Source of the DNA: an uncultured Nitrospinota bacterium
GTDB taxonomy: Bacteria > Tectomicrobia > Entotheonellia > J063 > CAVPRW01
NCBI GenBank assembly: GCA_963707985.1
Contig: CAVPRW010000025.1
Coordinates: 96,001 to 160,000 of the forward strand
DNA length: 64,000 nucleotides
Reading direction: 5' to 3'
Below, one piece after another: positions 19,526-29,317 of this stretch. Made by a program: the position numbers and the translations under genes. The first letter of the stretch is position 1. Each line of letters opens with the position of its first letter. The notes under the pieces are model-generated. The model searched no databases, was not told the origin of the DNA, and was given only the letters and a program-made list of their open reading frames with translations.

Positions 19526-19576
19526 GTCGGTGTCCTCTCTTTTTGGTCGGCCAAACAGCCCCTTCCCCCGCCTGTT

Positions 19577-19674
19577 CCCTCTCCCTCCGGGAGAGGGTTA
19601 GGGTGAGGGCGGCTTCAAGCGCGTTCAGCACACCTCGACTTCCCTCACCCCGGCCCTCTCCCAGGGGGAGAGGG
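19577..19674. repeat. paired inverted CCCTCTCCC/GGGAGAGGG REP-like element
   Basis: CCCTCTCCCTCCGGGAGAGGGTTAGGGTGAGGG ... CCCTCACCCCGGCCCTCTCCCAGGGGGAGAGGG; similar copies at about 21501, 25799, 37258, 46618 and 60692. Confidence 0.8.
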
Positions 19675-19719
19675 AGGGTAACATGTTGCCTGTGCTTATC
19701 ACGGGGGAAGGGAGCACTA

Positions 19720-21333
19720 TTACGTCGCCATATAGGCGGCGCGCAGGCCGCCGCCCTGGTAGTGGAGCGCACCCGCCGAGCCCGGCTGGTAGCCGCGCAG
19801 CGTCTTGGCCGCCGCCGAGGTCTGGGTGGTTTCATGCAGGTAGAAGAACGGCAACTCGACGTTGACGATGTTCCAGGCCTCGGTGTACAACTCCTTGCGT
19901 CGGGCCTGGTCTAACGTCTTTTTGGCCTCTTCCACCAACTGATCGTAGCGTTCATTCTGCCACCCCGACAGGGCAGTAGAGTAGTCGCTCTTGGAGTGCA
20001 GATTACGCGCGAAAAAGTCGTCCGGATCGTAGCGGAAGGTGTGGCCCTGGATCGCCGCGGGATGCGTGCCATCGGTCCGGGCTTGGCGCCAGGGCACCGT
20101 ATCGAGAGGATCCACGGCGACTTTGAAGCCGACGGTGCTCCACAGATCCTGGATCACTTGCGCCGTCTCGCGGTGAATGGTGTTGGGCGCCTGACAGAGT
20201 ATCCTGACCTCAGTGCCGACGGCTCGCGCCTCCTTGAGCAGGGCTTTGGCCTTGTCAGGATCGTACTCTAGGCTGCGGATGCCCTCCAGGTGCCAGGGAT
20301 TGCCCTCGGGGAAGGGCTGGTCGGCCATCGCCCCTTGACCGTAAAACACCGCGTGATGGATGGCCTGGCGGTCGATGGCATGCGCCGCGGCGAGGCGCAG
20401 GCGCTTGTCCTGAAAGGGCCCGCGTCGGAAGTTAAAGACCACAAAGTTCCCGCCGCCAGTCCAGCGCCAGAGGTTATATTTGTCGCCCTGGGTCTCCTTA
20501 AAGCGCTCGATATCGGCTTGGGCCATGCTGTTGATGAGCTGGACCTGGCCGGTGCGCAGCGCCGTCAAACGCACCGAGTTCTCCAACTTGGGTTTGCCGA
20601 TGATCTCATCGAGATAGGGCAGGCTATGGCCCTCGCTATCGGTCTCCCAGTAGTTTTCAAAGCGCACCATCTTGGCCTCGTTATTGCGCGTCCAGGAGAC
20701 GAACTTGAACGGGCCTGTGCCAATGGGGTGTTCTGGCGCTGTGTCGAAGGCGTCGGGTGCCATCAGGCGTGTCGGGTAGTGCATGACGCTCGACGGCAGG
20801 GACGCATCCGCCACACTGGCATGGATGCGCACGGTGTACTTGTCGAGGACCTCGACGCTCTCAATGGTGTCCACGGCGCCGCGCTCCCAGTCGCCGCCGA
20901 TGGCGGGGTTTTTGATGCGCATGAGGTTGAGCTTCACCGCCTCGGCATCGACCTCGCGGCCGTTGTGGAAGAGCACGCCCTTACGCAGTCGGAAGGTCCA
21001 GGCGGTGAGCTCCTGGTTAGGCTCCCAACTCTCGGCAATGCCCGGCACGATGTTGCCCCGCTGGTCGAGATCGGTCAGGCCGGTAAACATCACCGTGGTG
21101 GGAGCATAGGTGTGGTTCTGATTATGCGTATGGGCGTCGAGGCCGCCCACATCGAGGCTCGCGCCATAGAGCAGGGTGCCGCGCCGTTGCGGATGCCGTG
21201 TGCCGGCAGCCGTCTGGGCTGCAGCTTGACCGACGAGGTCGAAGGCGGCCATGCCGGCGAGCGCCCCCCCGGTGGTGATCAAGAAGTCCCGCCGCGATAG
21301 TTCAAAAGCTCTTGCACTTTCTCTCTTAGCCAT
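19720..21333 (-). CDS. family 5 ABC substrate-binding protein with Tat signal (paralog 1)
   Basis: SRRDFL Tat motif; AESWE, F.LRKGV.FHNG, PIGTGPFKF. Confidence 0.92.
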   Translation of the reverse strand: MAKRESARAFELSRRDFLITTGGALAGMAAFDLVGQAAAQTAAGTRHPQRRGTLLYGASLDVGGLDAHTHNQNHTYAPTTVMFTGLTDLDQRGNIVPGIAESWEPNQELTAWTFRLRKGVLFHNGREVDAEAVKLNLMRIKNPAIGGDWERGAVDTIESVEVLDKYTVRIHASVADASLPSSVMHYPTRLMAPDAFDTAPEHPIGTGPFKFVSWTRNNEAKMVRFENYWETDSEGHSLPYLDEIIGKPKLENSVRLTALRTGQVQLINSMAQADIERFKETQGDKYNLWRWTGGGNFVVFNFRRGPFQDKRLRLAAAHAIDRQAIHHAVFYGQGAMADQPFPEGNPWHLEGIRSLEYDPDKAKALLKEARAVGTEVRILCQAPNTIHRETAQVIQDLWSTVGFKVAVDPLDTVPWRQARTDGTHPAAIQGHTFRYDPDDFFARNLHSKSDYSTALSGWQNERYDQLVEEAKKTLDQARRKELYTEAWNIVNVELPFFYLHETTQTSAAAKTLRGYQPGSAGALHYQGGGLRAAYMAT

Positions 21334-21549
21334 CAACGATCTCCTCCTCTGACGCTCATGTGCTGATTACCTGTCAACAAGGAACCACCTGGAACGCCTT
21401 GTCGAGAGTCCGCTCCCGCTGGAACCCCGTCTGCCACCCCATCCAAAGCTGAGATAGTTTCACACCACTTTCACACCCTCTTTTGCTGTCATCCATAGCG
21501 TCCCTCCCCCCTGAAGGAGGAAGGTCAGGATGAGGGAATGTCATCGCGA

Positions 21550-23151
21550 TTACGTCGCGATATAGGCGGTGCGCAGGCCGCCGCCGAAGTAGGTCAATGC
21601 CCCTGCCGAGCCAGGTTGATAGCCCTGCACCTCCTTGGTTGCCGCCGAGGTAAAGGGCAATTCATGCAGATAGAAATGCGGCAACTCGACGTTGACGATG
21701 TTCCAGGCCTCGGCGTACAGCTCCCTGCGCCGGGCGGGATCAGAGATCCGTTTGGCCTCTTCCACCAGCTGATCGTACCGCGCATTCTCCCACCCCGAGA
21801 GGATCTGGGCATACTCACTCTTGGAGTGCAGGTTTCGGGCAAAATAGTCGTCCGGGTCGTAGCGATAGGTGTTCCCCTGGCTCAGCGCGTCAAACGACCC
21901 CTGCTTGCGCGCATTGAGGTAGGGCACGTTATCGAGGGGCTCCACGGTGGCTTTGAACCCGACGGTGTTCCACAGATCCTGGACCACTTGCGCCGTCTCG
22001 CGGTGCTGCGTGTTGGTCACGTTGAGGACGATCTTGACCTGGGTGTCAACGGCCCGCGCATCCTTGAGCAGGGCTTTCGCCTTGTCGGGATCGTACTCCA
22101 GGCTGCGGATGCCCTCCAGGGGCCAGGGGGTGCCACGCGGGTAGGGCTGGTCCAGCATGTCACCCTGGCCGAAATACACGGCGTGATGGACGGCATTCCG
22201 GTCGATGGCGTGCGCCGCCGCGGTGCGCAGGCGCTTGTCCTGAAAGGGCCCACGCCGAAAGTTGAAGACCACAAACTGGCCGCCGCCATGCCACTGCCAG
22301 GTGGTGTATTTGTCGCCGTAGTCCTTCTTGAAGCGCTCCACATCGGCTTGGCCAAGGGCATCGATCAACTGCACCTGGCCGGTGCGCAGCGCTGTCAGGC
22401 GGACGGAGTCTTCCCCCTTGGGTTTGCCGACGATGGCGTCCAGGTAGGGCAACTGATGCCCCTCGGCATCGGTCTCCCAGTAGTTTTCAAAGCGCACCAG
22501 CTGGGTCTCGTTATGGCGAGTCCAGGAGACGAACTTGAACGGGCCCGTGGCGATGGGATGTTCAGCGGCCGTTTCAAAGGCGTCTGGGGCCATCAACATG
22601 GTCGGGTAGCGCATGACGCTGGACGGCACGGAGGCATCCGGCATGGTCGCATTGATCCGCACTGTGTATTTGTCCAGGACATCCACGCTCTCGATGGTGT
22701 CCACGGCGCCGCGCTGCCAATCGCCACCGATGGCAGGATCCTTGATGCGCATGAGGTTGAGCTTGATGGCCTCGGCATCGACCTCCCGGCCATTGTGGAA
22801 CAGCACCCCCTTGCGCAGCCGAAAGGTCCAGGCGGTGAGATCCTGGTTGGGCTCCCAGCTCTCGGCGATGCTGGGGACGATGTTGCCGCGCTGATCGATA
22901 TCGGTCAGACCGTTGTACATCACCGCCGTCACATTGACGATGTGGTTCTGATTCAGGCGGTGTGCGTCGAGACCCGCGATATCCAGACGCGAGCCATAGA
23001 GCAGCGTGCCGCCCCGCTGCGGATGCCGTTTGCCGGCGGCCGCCGGCTCAATGAGGCCGAAGGCGGCCATACCGACAAGCGCTCCACCAGTAGTCATTAA
23101 GAAGTCACGCCGGGAAAGTTCAGACTTTAGGTCTATCGTTCCTCTGGCCAT
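21550..23151 (-). CDS. family 5 ABC substrate-binding protein with Tat signal (paralog 2)
   Basis: SRRDFL; same motif set, colinear with paralog 1. Confidence 0.92.
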   Translation of the reverse strand: MARGTIDLKSELSRRDFLMTTGGALVGMAAFGLIEPAAAGKRHPQRGGTLLYGSRLDIAGLDAHRLNQNHIVNVTAVMYNGLTDIDQRGNIVPSIAESWEPNQDLTAWTFRLRKGVLFHNGREVDAEAIKLNLMRIKDPAIGGDWQRGAVDTIESVDVLDKYTVRINATMPDASVPSSVMRYPTMLMAPDAFETAAEHPIATGPFKFVSWTRHNETQLVRFENYWETDAEGHQLPYLDAIVGKPKGEDSVRLTALRTGQVQLIDALGQADVERFKKDYGDKYTTWQWHGGGQFVVFNFRRGPFQDKRLRTAAAHAIDRNAVHHAVYFGQGDMLDQPYPRGTPWPLEGIRSLEYDPDKAKALLKDARAVDTQVKIVLNVTNTQHRETAQVVQDLWNTVGFKATVEPLDNVPYLNARKQGSFDALSQGNTYRYDPDDYFARNLHSKSEYAQILSGWENARYDQLVEEAKRISDPARRRELYAEAWNIVNVELPHFYLHELPFTSAATKEVQGYQPGSAGALTYFGGGLRTAYIAT

Positions 23152-23584
23152 CCCTGTCCTCCTGTCAGCATGAGCGCTCCGCTCTCAGCGCCTTGAGACC
23201 AAACCTCTAAGGACTAAAGAGCTGCCAGCAAAGAGAGCACTATACAAGTCCACAGTGCCTTCCCTGCAGATCGACGCTGAATCGCTCCTAAACTTCCCTT
23301 CGCTGACGGCCGCCGCCTGAGCAAATCCCCCTATAGAATGAAGGGACAAGCTAGGTAAACAGATACACGATGGAGATACGGCGATGATGGAATGGACATA
23401 TCCCCCCTATGAGGGGGACCAGCCACGGGTCAGGAGTTGAGGTTTGACCTGAAAGCGCGGTAGCACACGGAGCAGCGTTGTCGTGCGGGATGCTGCTGAC
23501 AGGTGAGTAATAGCCGGATTCATAGGCGTTCCTCGTGTCAGTCACCAACGATATGAATAGTCACATTGATGAAAAAAGTGCCCG

Positions 23585-23613
23585 ATTCTATAGGGTCTTA
23601 GATTATGTGTCAA
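23585..23613 (-). promoter_or_regulatory. sigma70-type promoter upstream of SBP paralog 2
   Basis: Minus strand TTGACA-17 nt-TAGAAT inside an AT-rich patch. Confidence 0.6.
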
Positions 23614-23922
23614 CTGTAATTTATCAGTTAGTGCTTGAAATTCCCTTAGAACACTGAGAATGAACCGAACTCTTTGAAAAAGATGAATCGCGATCTCCGA
23701 CATCTCCTTCGATCTTCCCGATCCTCCCGCGTAGTCATCGTCCTGGATCGGTTGCCCCAACTTCCAGGCATACCGTGACCATGTCCAAGGCTACGATTTC
23801 ATGAACCAGCTCTACGTATTTTGGGAGACCACTTGGCCGGATAATTAGACACCTGCCAAAAACTGGTGGGAGGTGGAGCAAGGGGCAGGGCCCCTCGTTG
23901 GCGGGGTACCCTGCCGCCCTGG

Positions 23923-25523
23923 TTATGCCTCGAGATAAGCGGCGCGCAGGCCACCACCGTGGTAATGGAGCGCGCCCGCCGAGCCTGGCTGGTAGCCGCG
24001 CAGCTCCTTGGCCGCTGCCGAGGTCTGGGTCACTTCATGCAAGTAGAAAAACGGCAACTCGACGTTGACGATGTTCCAGGCCTCGGTGTACAGCTCCTTG
24101 CGCCGAGCCGGCTCCAGCGTCCGTTTGGCCTCCTCCACCAACTGATCGTAGCGCGCATTCTGCCACCCTGTCAGGACCTGCGCATACTCGCTCTTGGAGT
24201 GCAGATTGCGCGCGAAAAAGTCATCCGGGTCGTAGCGGAAGGTGTGGCCCTGGATCGCTGCGGGATACGTGCCCTCGCTCCGGGCTTGGCGCCAGGGTAC
24301 CGTATCCAGGAGCTCTACAGCCACTTTGAAGCCGACCGTGGTCCATAGATCTGGACCACTTGCGCCGTCTCGCGGTGCAGGACATTGTTCACGTTGACGA
24401 GGATCTTGACCTCGGTGCCGACGGCCCGCGCCTCCTTGAGCAGGGCTTTGGCCCGCTCGGGATCGTACGCCAAGCTGCGGATGCCCTCCAGGTGCCAGGG
24501 ATTGCCCTCCGGGAAGGGCTGGTCGGCCATCGCCCCTTGACCGTAATACACCGCGTGATGAATGGCCTGGCGGTCGATGGCCTGCGCTGCCGCAATGCGC
24601 AGGCGCTTGTCCTGAAACGGCCCACGCCGGAAGTTAAAGGCCACAAACTGGCCGCCGCCATGCCACTCCCAGAGGTTATATTTGTCGCCCTGGGTTTCTT
24701 TGAAGCGTTCGATATCGGCCTGGGCCATGGTGTTGATGAGTTGGACCTGACCCGTGCGCAGCGCCGTGAGGCGCACCGAGTTCTCCAACTTGGGTTTGCC
24801 GATGATCTCATCGAGATAGGGCAGGCTGTGGCCCTCGGCATCGGTCTCCCAGTAGTTTTCAAAACGCACCAGCCGGGCCTCGGTATTGCGCGTCCAGGAG
24901 ACAAACTTGAACGGACCTGTGCCAATGGGGTGTTCGGCTGCCGTGTCGAAGGCGTCTGGCGCCATCAGGCGGGTTGGGTAGTGCATAACGTTTGACGGCA
25001 GAGACACATCCGGCATCGTCGCATGGATGCGGACCGTGTACTTGTCGAGGACCTCGACGCTCTCAATGGTGTCCACGGCGCCGCGTTCCCAGTCGCCACC
25101 GATGTTGGGGTCTTTGATGCGCATGAGGTTGAGCTTCACCGCTTCGGCATCGACTTCGCGGCCATTGTGGAACAGCACGCCCTTGCGCAGCCGGAACACC
25201 CAGGCGGTCAGTTCCTTGTTGGGCTCCCAGCTCTCGGCAATGCCGGGGACGATGTTGCCCCGCTGGTCGATATCGGTCAGGCCCGTGTACATCACGGTGG
25301 TTGGGTTCGACACATGGTTCTGATTATTACTGTGTGCGTCGAGGCCTGAGACATCCCCGCTCGATCCAAATTGCAGGATGCCGCTCCGTTGCGGATGTCG
25401 CGTGCCGGCGGCCGCCAGCTCGACGACGCCGAAAGCGGCCATGCCGACGAGCGCCCCACCTGTGGTTAGGAGAAAGTTCCGTCTAGAGATATCGAAACCT
25501 CTGTCAATCCTTCCTCTAGCCAT
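23923..25523 (-). CDS. family 5 ABC substrate-binding protein with Tat signal (paralog 3), frameshifted near 24345
   Basis: SRRNFL; ORFs 24315-25604 and 23923-24324 join to match paralog 1 across VVQDLW.TVGFKVAV. Confidence 0.88.
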
Positions 25524-25982
25524 CGCTGACCTCCTTCTCAGCGCACCCCTTCGACACTCGCAAGCTGCCGAGCACCGCGGCGTGCGTTGCCGGTGTCCTG
25601 CCACGGCAGCCGACAGCTGGACAGCCTGCCAGGATAGGCCTCACAACACTGAGACCTCCAGGCCAGCGTCGGTACCGCTGCTGGTCGGTTACCGAAAATG
25701 GGCTGCGTCTCCTTGGCGAAGTGCTGCGAAGCCAAGACGAGCAGTCAACCCCCTATACGTCATTGCGGTGAAGGTGACGCTTGCAATGGGGAAATCTGTC
25801 CCTCCCAAGAGGAGGGGACTTACGCAAGGGTGAGGAGCTGAGGCCTTACCAAGAAACGGGGACGCTCTCGTAGGCAAGCCTTGGAGAGAGACGATGGGAA
25901 AAAGCTACAAGGCGAGACTCTCATGGGTGTCCCTCCTGTCTGTTGCTACAGACGTGAACCAGGGCCCCATTGGGCAGATGTT

Positions 25983-26011
25983 ACCCTATAGAGACGAGTT
26001 CGTATTGTCAA
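25983..26011 (-). promoter_or_regulatory. possible promoter upstream of SBP paralog 3
   Basis: Minus strand TTGACA-17 nt-TAGGGT. Confidence 0.4.
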
Positions 26012-26098
26012 GTCTTTTTATGGTCAAAGACCCACGATCACTCTCGCAAGATGCGGATATTGATCAGTATCAATCGGCTAAGCCGAGGTTACCCTAAG

Positions 26099-26126
26099 AC
26101 TAGGGCGATCGCTGGGTCGCCCTAGT
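26099..26126. terminator. hairpin downstream of the P450 gene
   Basis: ACTAGGGCGA-TCGCTGGG-TCGCCCTAGT perfect 10-bp stem. Confidence 0.55.
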
Positions 26127-26155
26127 GTATGCGCACAGTGGCACCCTCTTGCCCA

Positions 26156-27371
26156 CTACCACGAGACGGGTAGTGTTTTCAGCGCTCGCGCCACGATGGT
26201 CGGATGGTACTCCAGGTGGGCTGCATCGATGTTCAGGTGTAGCTCAGGGAAGCGTTGTGGCAATGCTAGAAAGGCCTCTTGGGCCTCAAGTCGTGCCAAC
26301 GGGGCCCCCAGGCAGACGTGAATTCCCTGCCCTAGCGCCACATGGGGGTTTGGGCTGCGCTGTGATATCGAGACGGTCGGGGTCAGCATACTTGGCGGGA
26401 TCCCGGTTGGCAGAGGCAAGGATCAACAGCATTCGGTCACTGGCACGGATGGCTTTGCCGCCCAACTCGGTGTCTTTCCTGGCCCAGCGAAACGTGGCTT
26501 TGACCGGTCCGTCGTAGCGCAACAGCTCCTCGGCGGCTGAGCGCACCAGCGAGGGATGTTGCCGCAACAGATCCCATTGATCGCGGTGCCGCATGCAGGC
26601 GAGCAAGCCGTTTGCCAGCAGGTTAGTGGTCGTCTCATGGCCAGCGAATAAGAGGACTGTACAGGTAGCGAGTAACTCGTCGTGAGACAACAAATCACCT
26701 CGCTCCTCCGCCTGGACGAGGGCCGAGATAAGATCGTCTCGGGGTTGTTTACGACGCTCTTCAATTAACGGCTCGAAGTATGCCAGCAGCTTTTCCAGCC
26801 CACGCTGCGAGCGCTCGCGGCGGTCCGGCTCGTCGGCCCGGATGAAAAAAATGCGCGACGTTTCGTCGGACCACTCCTTGACCTGCTCCCGGTCCTCCAC
26901 CGGCACGCCCAGATATTCCGAGATAACGATCACCGGCAGATGGAAGGCGAAGTCGTGAATAAACTCCATGTCGCTCTTCAGCCGAACTTGGTCCAACAAC
27001 TCATGGACGATCTGGCGTGCCCGGGGACGCAGTTTCTCAACGCTGGTGGGGGTGAAGGCTTTATTAATTAACAAACGGACGCGGGTATGGTAGGGAGGAT
27101 CGGCGAACACCAGCCATTTCGAGAAATACTTGATCAGCAGCGAGAAGTGCTCCTGCTCTGGCGCGTTCAGCTCCTGCATCAATGAGGCCATGCGGTCGGA
27201 AGAGAAGGTCTCGTGATCGCGGAAAACCTTCACGACGTCGTCATAGCGCAAGATCAGCCACCCCCCCCAACGCTCGTTCCAGTGTACCGGGTCAGTTTCC
27301 CGGAGATCGGCGAAGTAGGCATAGGGATCGTAGAGAACGTCGGGTGCGAGTAGATTGTCCTGACCTAACAT
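26156..27371 (-). CDS. cytochrome P450, frameshifted near 26355
   Basis: DPPYHTRVR, AGHETT, EELLRY, ANRDP; heme motif GQGIHVCLG lies in the second frame. Confidence 0.9.
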
Positions 27372-27919
27372 TATGCACCCCCTTTGAGTCAAAGAGCAGT
27401 CAACGGTCACTAGGTTGATTTGCCCGCAGCGCCCACAGCAATGCTGCCCTCCTCAGGTGGCTCGACAGGCAACAGTCGAGCCACTGGGCGTCCTGTGACC
27501 TCTCAAACCCCAGTTGCTGCAGGCACTTCTGGGCCTCTCATGCCGTTCAGGTCCTGCGCCTGCTCCTTTGCATGAGGATAGCTCCTGCTGTCATGTCTGG
27601 ATGACATCTCTGAGACAGCATTACAGCATTATGGTATGTTATAGGTTCCTCGCGGCCTGATCAATAGCTCCGCATGAGCCAGAGCAATCTAACGAGCCGA
27701 AGATCCTCCGGCGCCCATCGCCACGCCAGCACCTGTCGTGAAGGAGTTCCAGCGTCCAAGATGATGGCTAAGGCCACCAGGACCCCTCGCCATCCCTATA
27801 ACTGCAAGAGTCATCTCATGAGTTCGATAATGCAGACACAGGCTAAGTCGGCGATCGTTGTCAGGACTGCCAGTCCCCAGACACGCTGGCGATGGAAAGC
27901 TTGGTGAAATCGAAGAGAA

Positions 27920-27973
27920 TTAACCTGGAGTTAACATAGATGTTACCTCCGCTTCACAGATGGGCGCTATGCT
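27920..27973 (+). promoter_or_regulatory. Pho-box-like array 1 with -10 element
   Basis: TTAACC/TTAACA/GTTACC/TTCACA at an exact 11-bp period (27920, 27931, 27942, 27953), then TATGCT. Confidence 0.7.
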
Positions 27974-28133
27974 TTAGAATATTGCTTCGTAAAGCTAGAA
28001 GATCCCCTCCCCCGTGACGAGGCCGTAGGCGTTGTCGCCATCGCTTCCTGCCTGCCTCGTCGCACTCAGCACGACCTATGCCAGAAAGCCTGCCGCCTCG
28101 TGCGCGCTACCGGCACCCAGAGAAGTTCTGCAA

Positions 28134-28172
28134 TTTACAGACATTTAACCTCACTGATATCAGTCTGTCATG
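28134..28172 (+). promoter_or_regulatory. Pho-box-like array 2
   Basis: TTTACA/TTAACC/GATATC/GTCATG at an 11-bp period. Confidence 0.5.
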
Positions 28173-28238
28173 AAGCTTGGATAGACTGCATGCGGATCGG
28201 ATTCGCCGACGAGACGGTTGGTGCCCGGCGGGCAACAT

Positions 28239-28299
28239 GTTACATGCTTGTTACACGACCGTTACATGCCAGCAACATCAATTGCGCATCATTGTCACA
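28239..28299 (+). promoter_or_regulatory. Pho-box-like array 3
   Basis: GTTACA three times, then GCAACA, TGCGCA and GTCACA at an 11-bp period (28239 to 28294), just before the pstS RBS. Confidence 0.7.
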
Positions 28300-28320
28300 T
28301 CCTCTCTAAGGAGAGCACCT

Positions 28321-29316
28321 ATGACATGTCTCAAAGCATGCACTCTGGTCCTGTCATTGGTTGTAGCCATAGTGGTCGGTGAGATGGCCATGGCTCAGGA
28401 TGGTCTCAAGCTCGATCCTGACTTGGACAGCTATAAGGCCGTCAGCGGGGTATCGGGGAATCTGTCGAGTGTGGGCTCGGATACACTGAACAACCTGATG
28501 ACACTCTGGGCCGAGACGTTCTCCAAGTTTTACCCCAACGTGAAGATCCAGATCGAAGGTAAAGGGTCGACCACCGCGCCGCCGGCGTTGATCGCGGGCA
28601 CAGCGCAACTTGGCCCCATGTCGCGGCCGATGCGCGGCACAGAAATCGATCAATTTGAAAAAAAGTTTGGCTACAAGCCGACGCCGGTCCGCACCGCTGT
28701 GGACGCCCTGGCAGTATTTGTCAATAAAGATAATCCCATAAAATGCCTGACCATGGAACAGGTCGATGCTATTTTTTCCAAGTCTCGGCGTTACGGGTAC
28801 AGAGAAGATGTGAAGACGTGGGGACAGCTGGGGCTGACTGGTGACTGGGCTAACCGTCCGATCAGTCTGTACGGCCGCAATTCCGCCTCGGGCACCTATG
28901 GCTTCTTCAAAGAACATGCGCTGAAGAACGGCGACTATAAGGATGAGGTGAAGGAGCAGCCGGGGTCAGCGTCGGTGGTGCAGGGGGTGACCGTGGATCG
29001 CTACGGCATTGGCTATAGCGGTATTGGCTATACGACGGCCGGCGTCCGTGCGGTCCCCCTCGCCGAGAAGGAGGGTGCCACATGTGTCGAGGCTACGGCA
29101 GACAACGCATATGCCGGTACCTATCCGCTGGCACGTTTCCTCTATGTATACATCAACAAGCCTCCTGGAAAATCTCTTGACCCCCTGACCCATGAATTTG
29201 TCAAGTTAATGGTCTCGAAGGAAGGTCAGGAAGTTGTAGTGAAGGATGGCTACTTCCCGATACCGGCCTCGATTGCCAAAGAAGAGACCGGTAAGGTCAA
29301 CGAAAAAGTCAATTGA
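28321..29316 (+). CDS. pstS: phosphate ABC transporter substrate-binding protein
   Basis: Signal peptide; [38 protein letters not shown]. Confidence 0.95.
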   Translation: MTCLKACTLVLSLVVAIVVGEMAMAQDGLKLDPDLDSYKAVSGVSGNLSSVGSDTLNNLMTLWAETFSKFYPNVKIQIEGKGSTTAPPALIAGTAQLGPMSRPMRGTEIDQFEKKFGYKPTPVRTAVDALAVFVNKDNPIKCLTMEQVDAIFSKSRRYGYREDVKTWGQLGLTGDWANRPISLYGRNSASGTYGFFKEHALKNGDYKDEVKEQPGSASVVQGVTVDRYGIGYSGIGYTTAGVRAVPLAEKEGATCVEATADNAYAGTYPLARFLYVYINKPPGKSLDPLTHEFVKLMVSKEGQEVVVKDGYFPIPASIAKEETGKVNEKVN

Positions 29317-29317
29317 T

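Noticed and set aside
21538..23100. 520-aa plus-strand ORF (and similar ORFs at 20290-21300 and 24360-24995)
   Set aside because: Antisense shadows of the GC-rich SBP genes; they recur in each paralog and carry no motifs.
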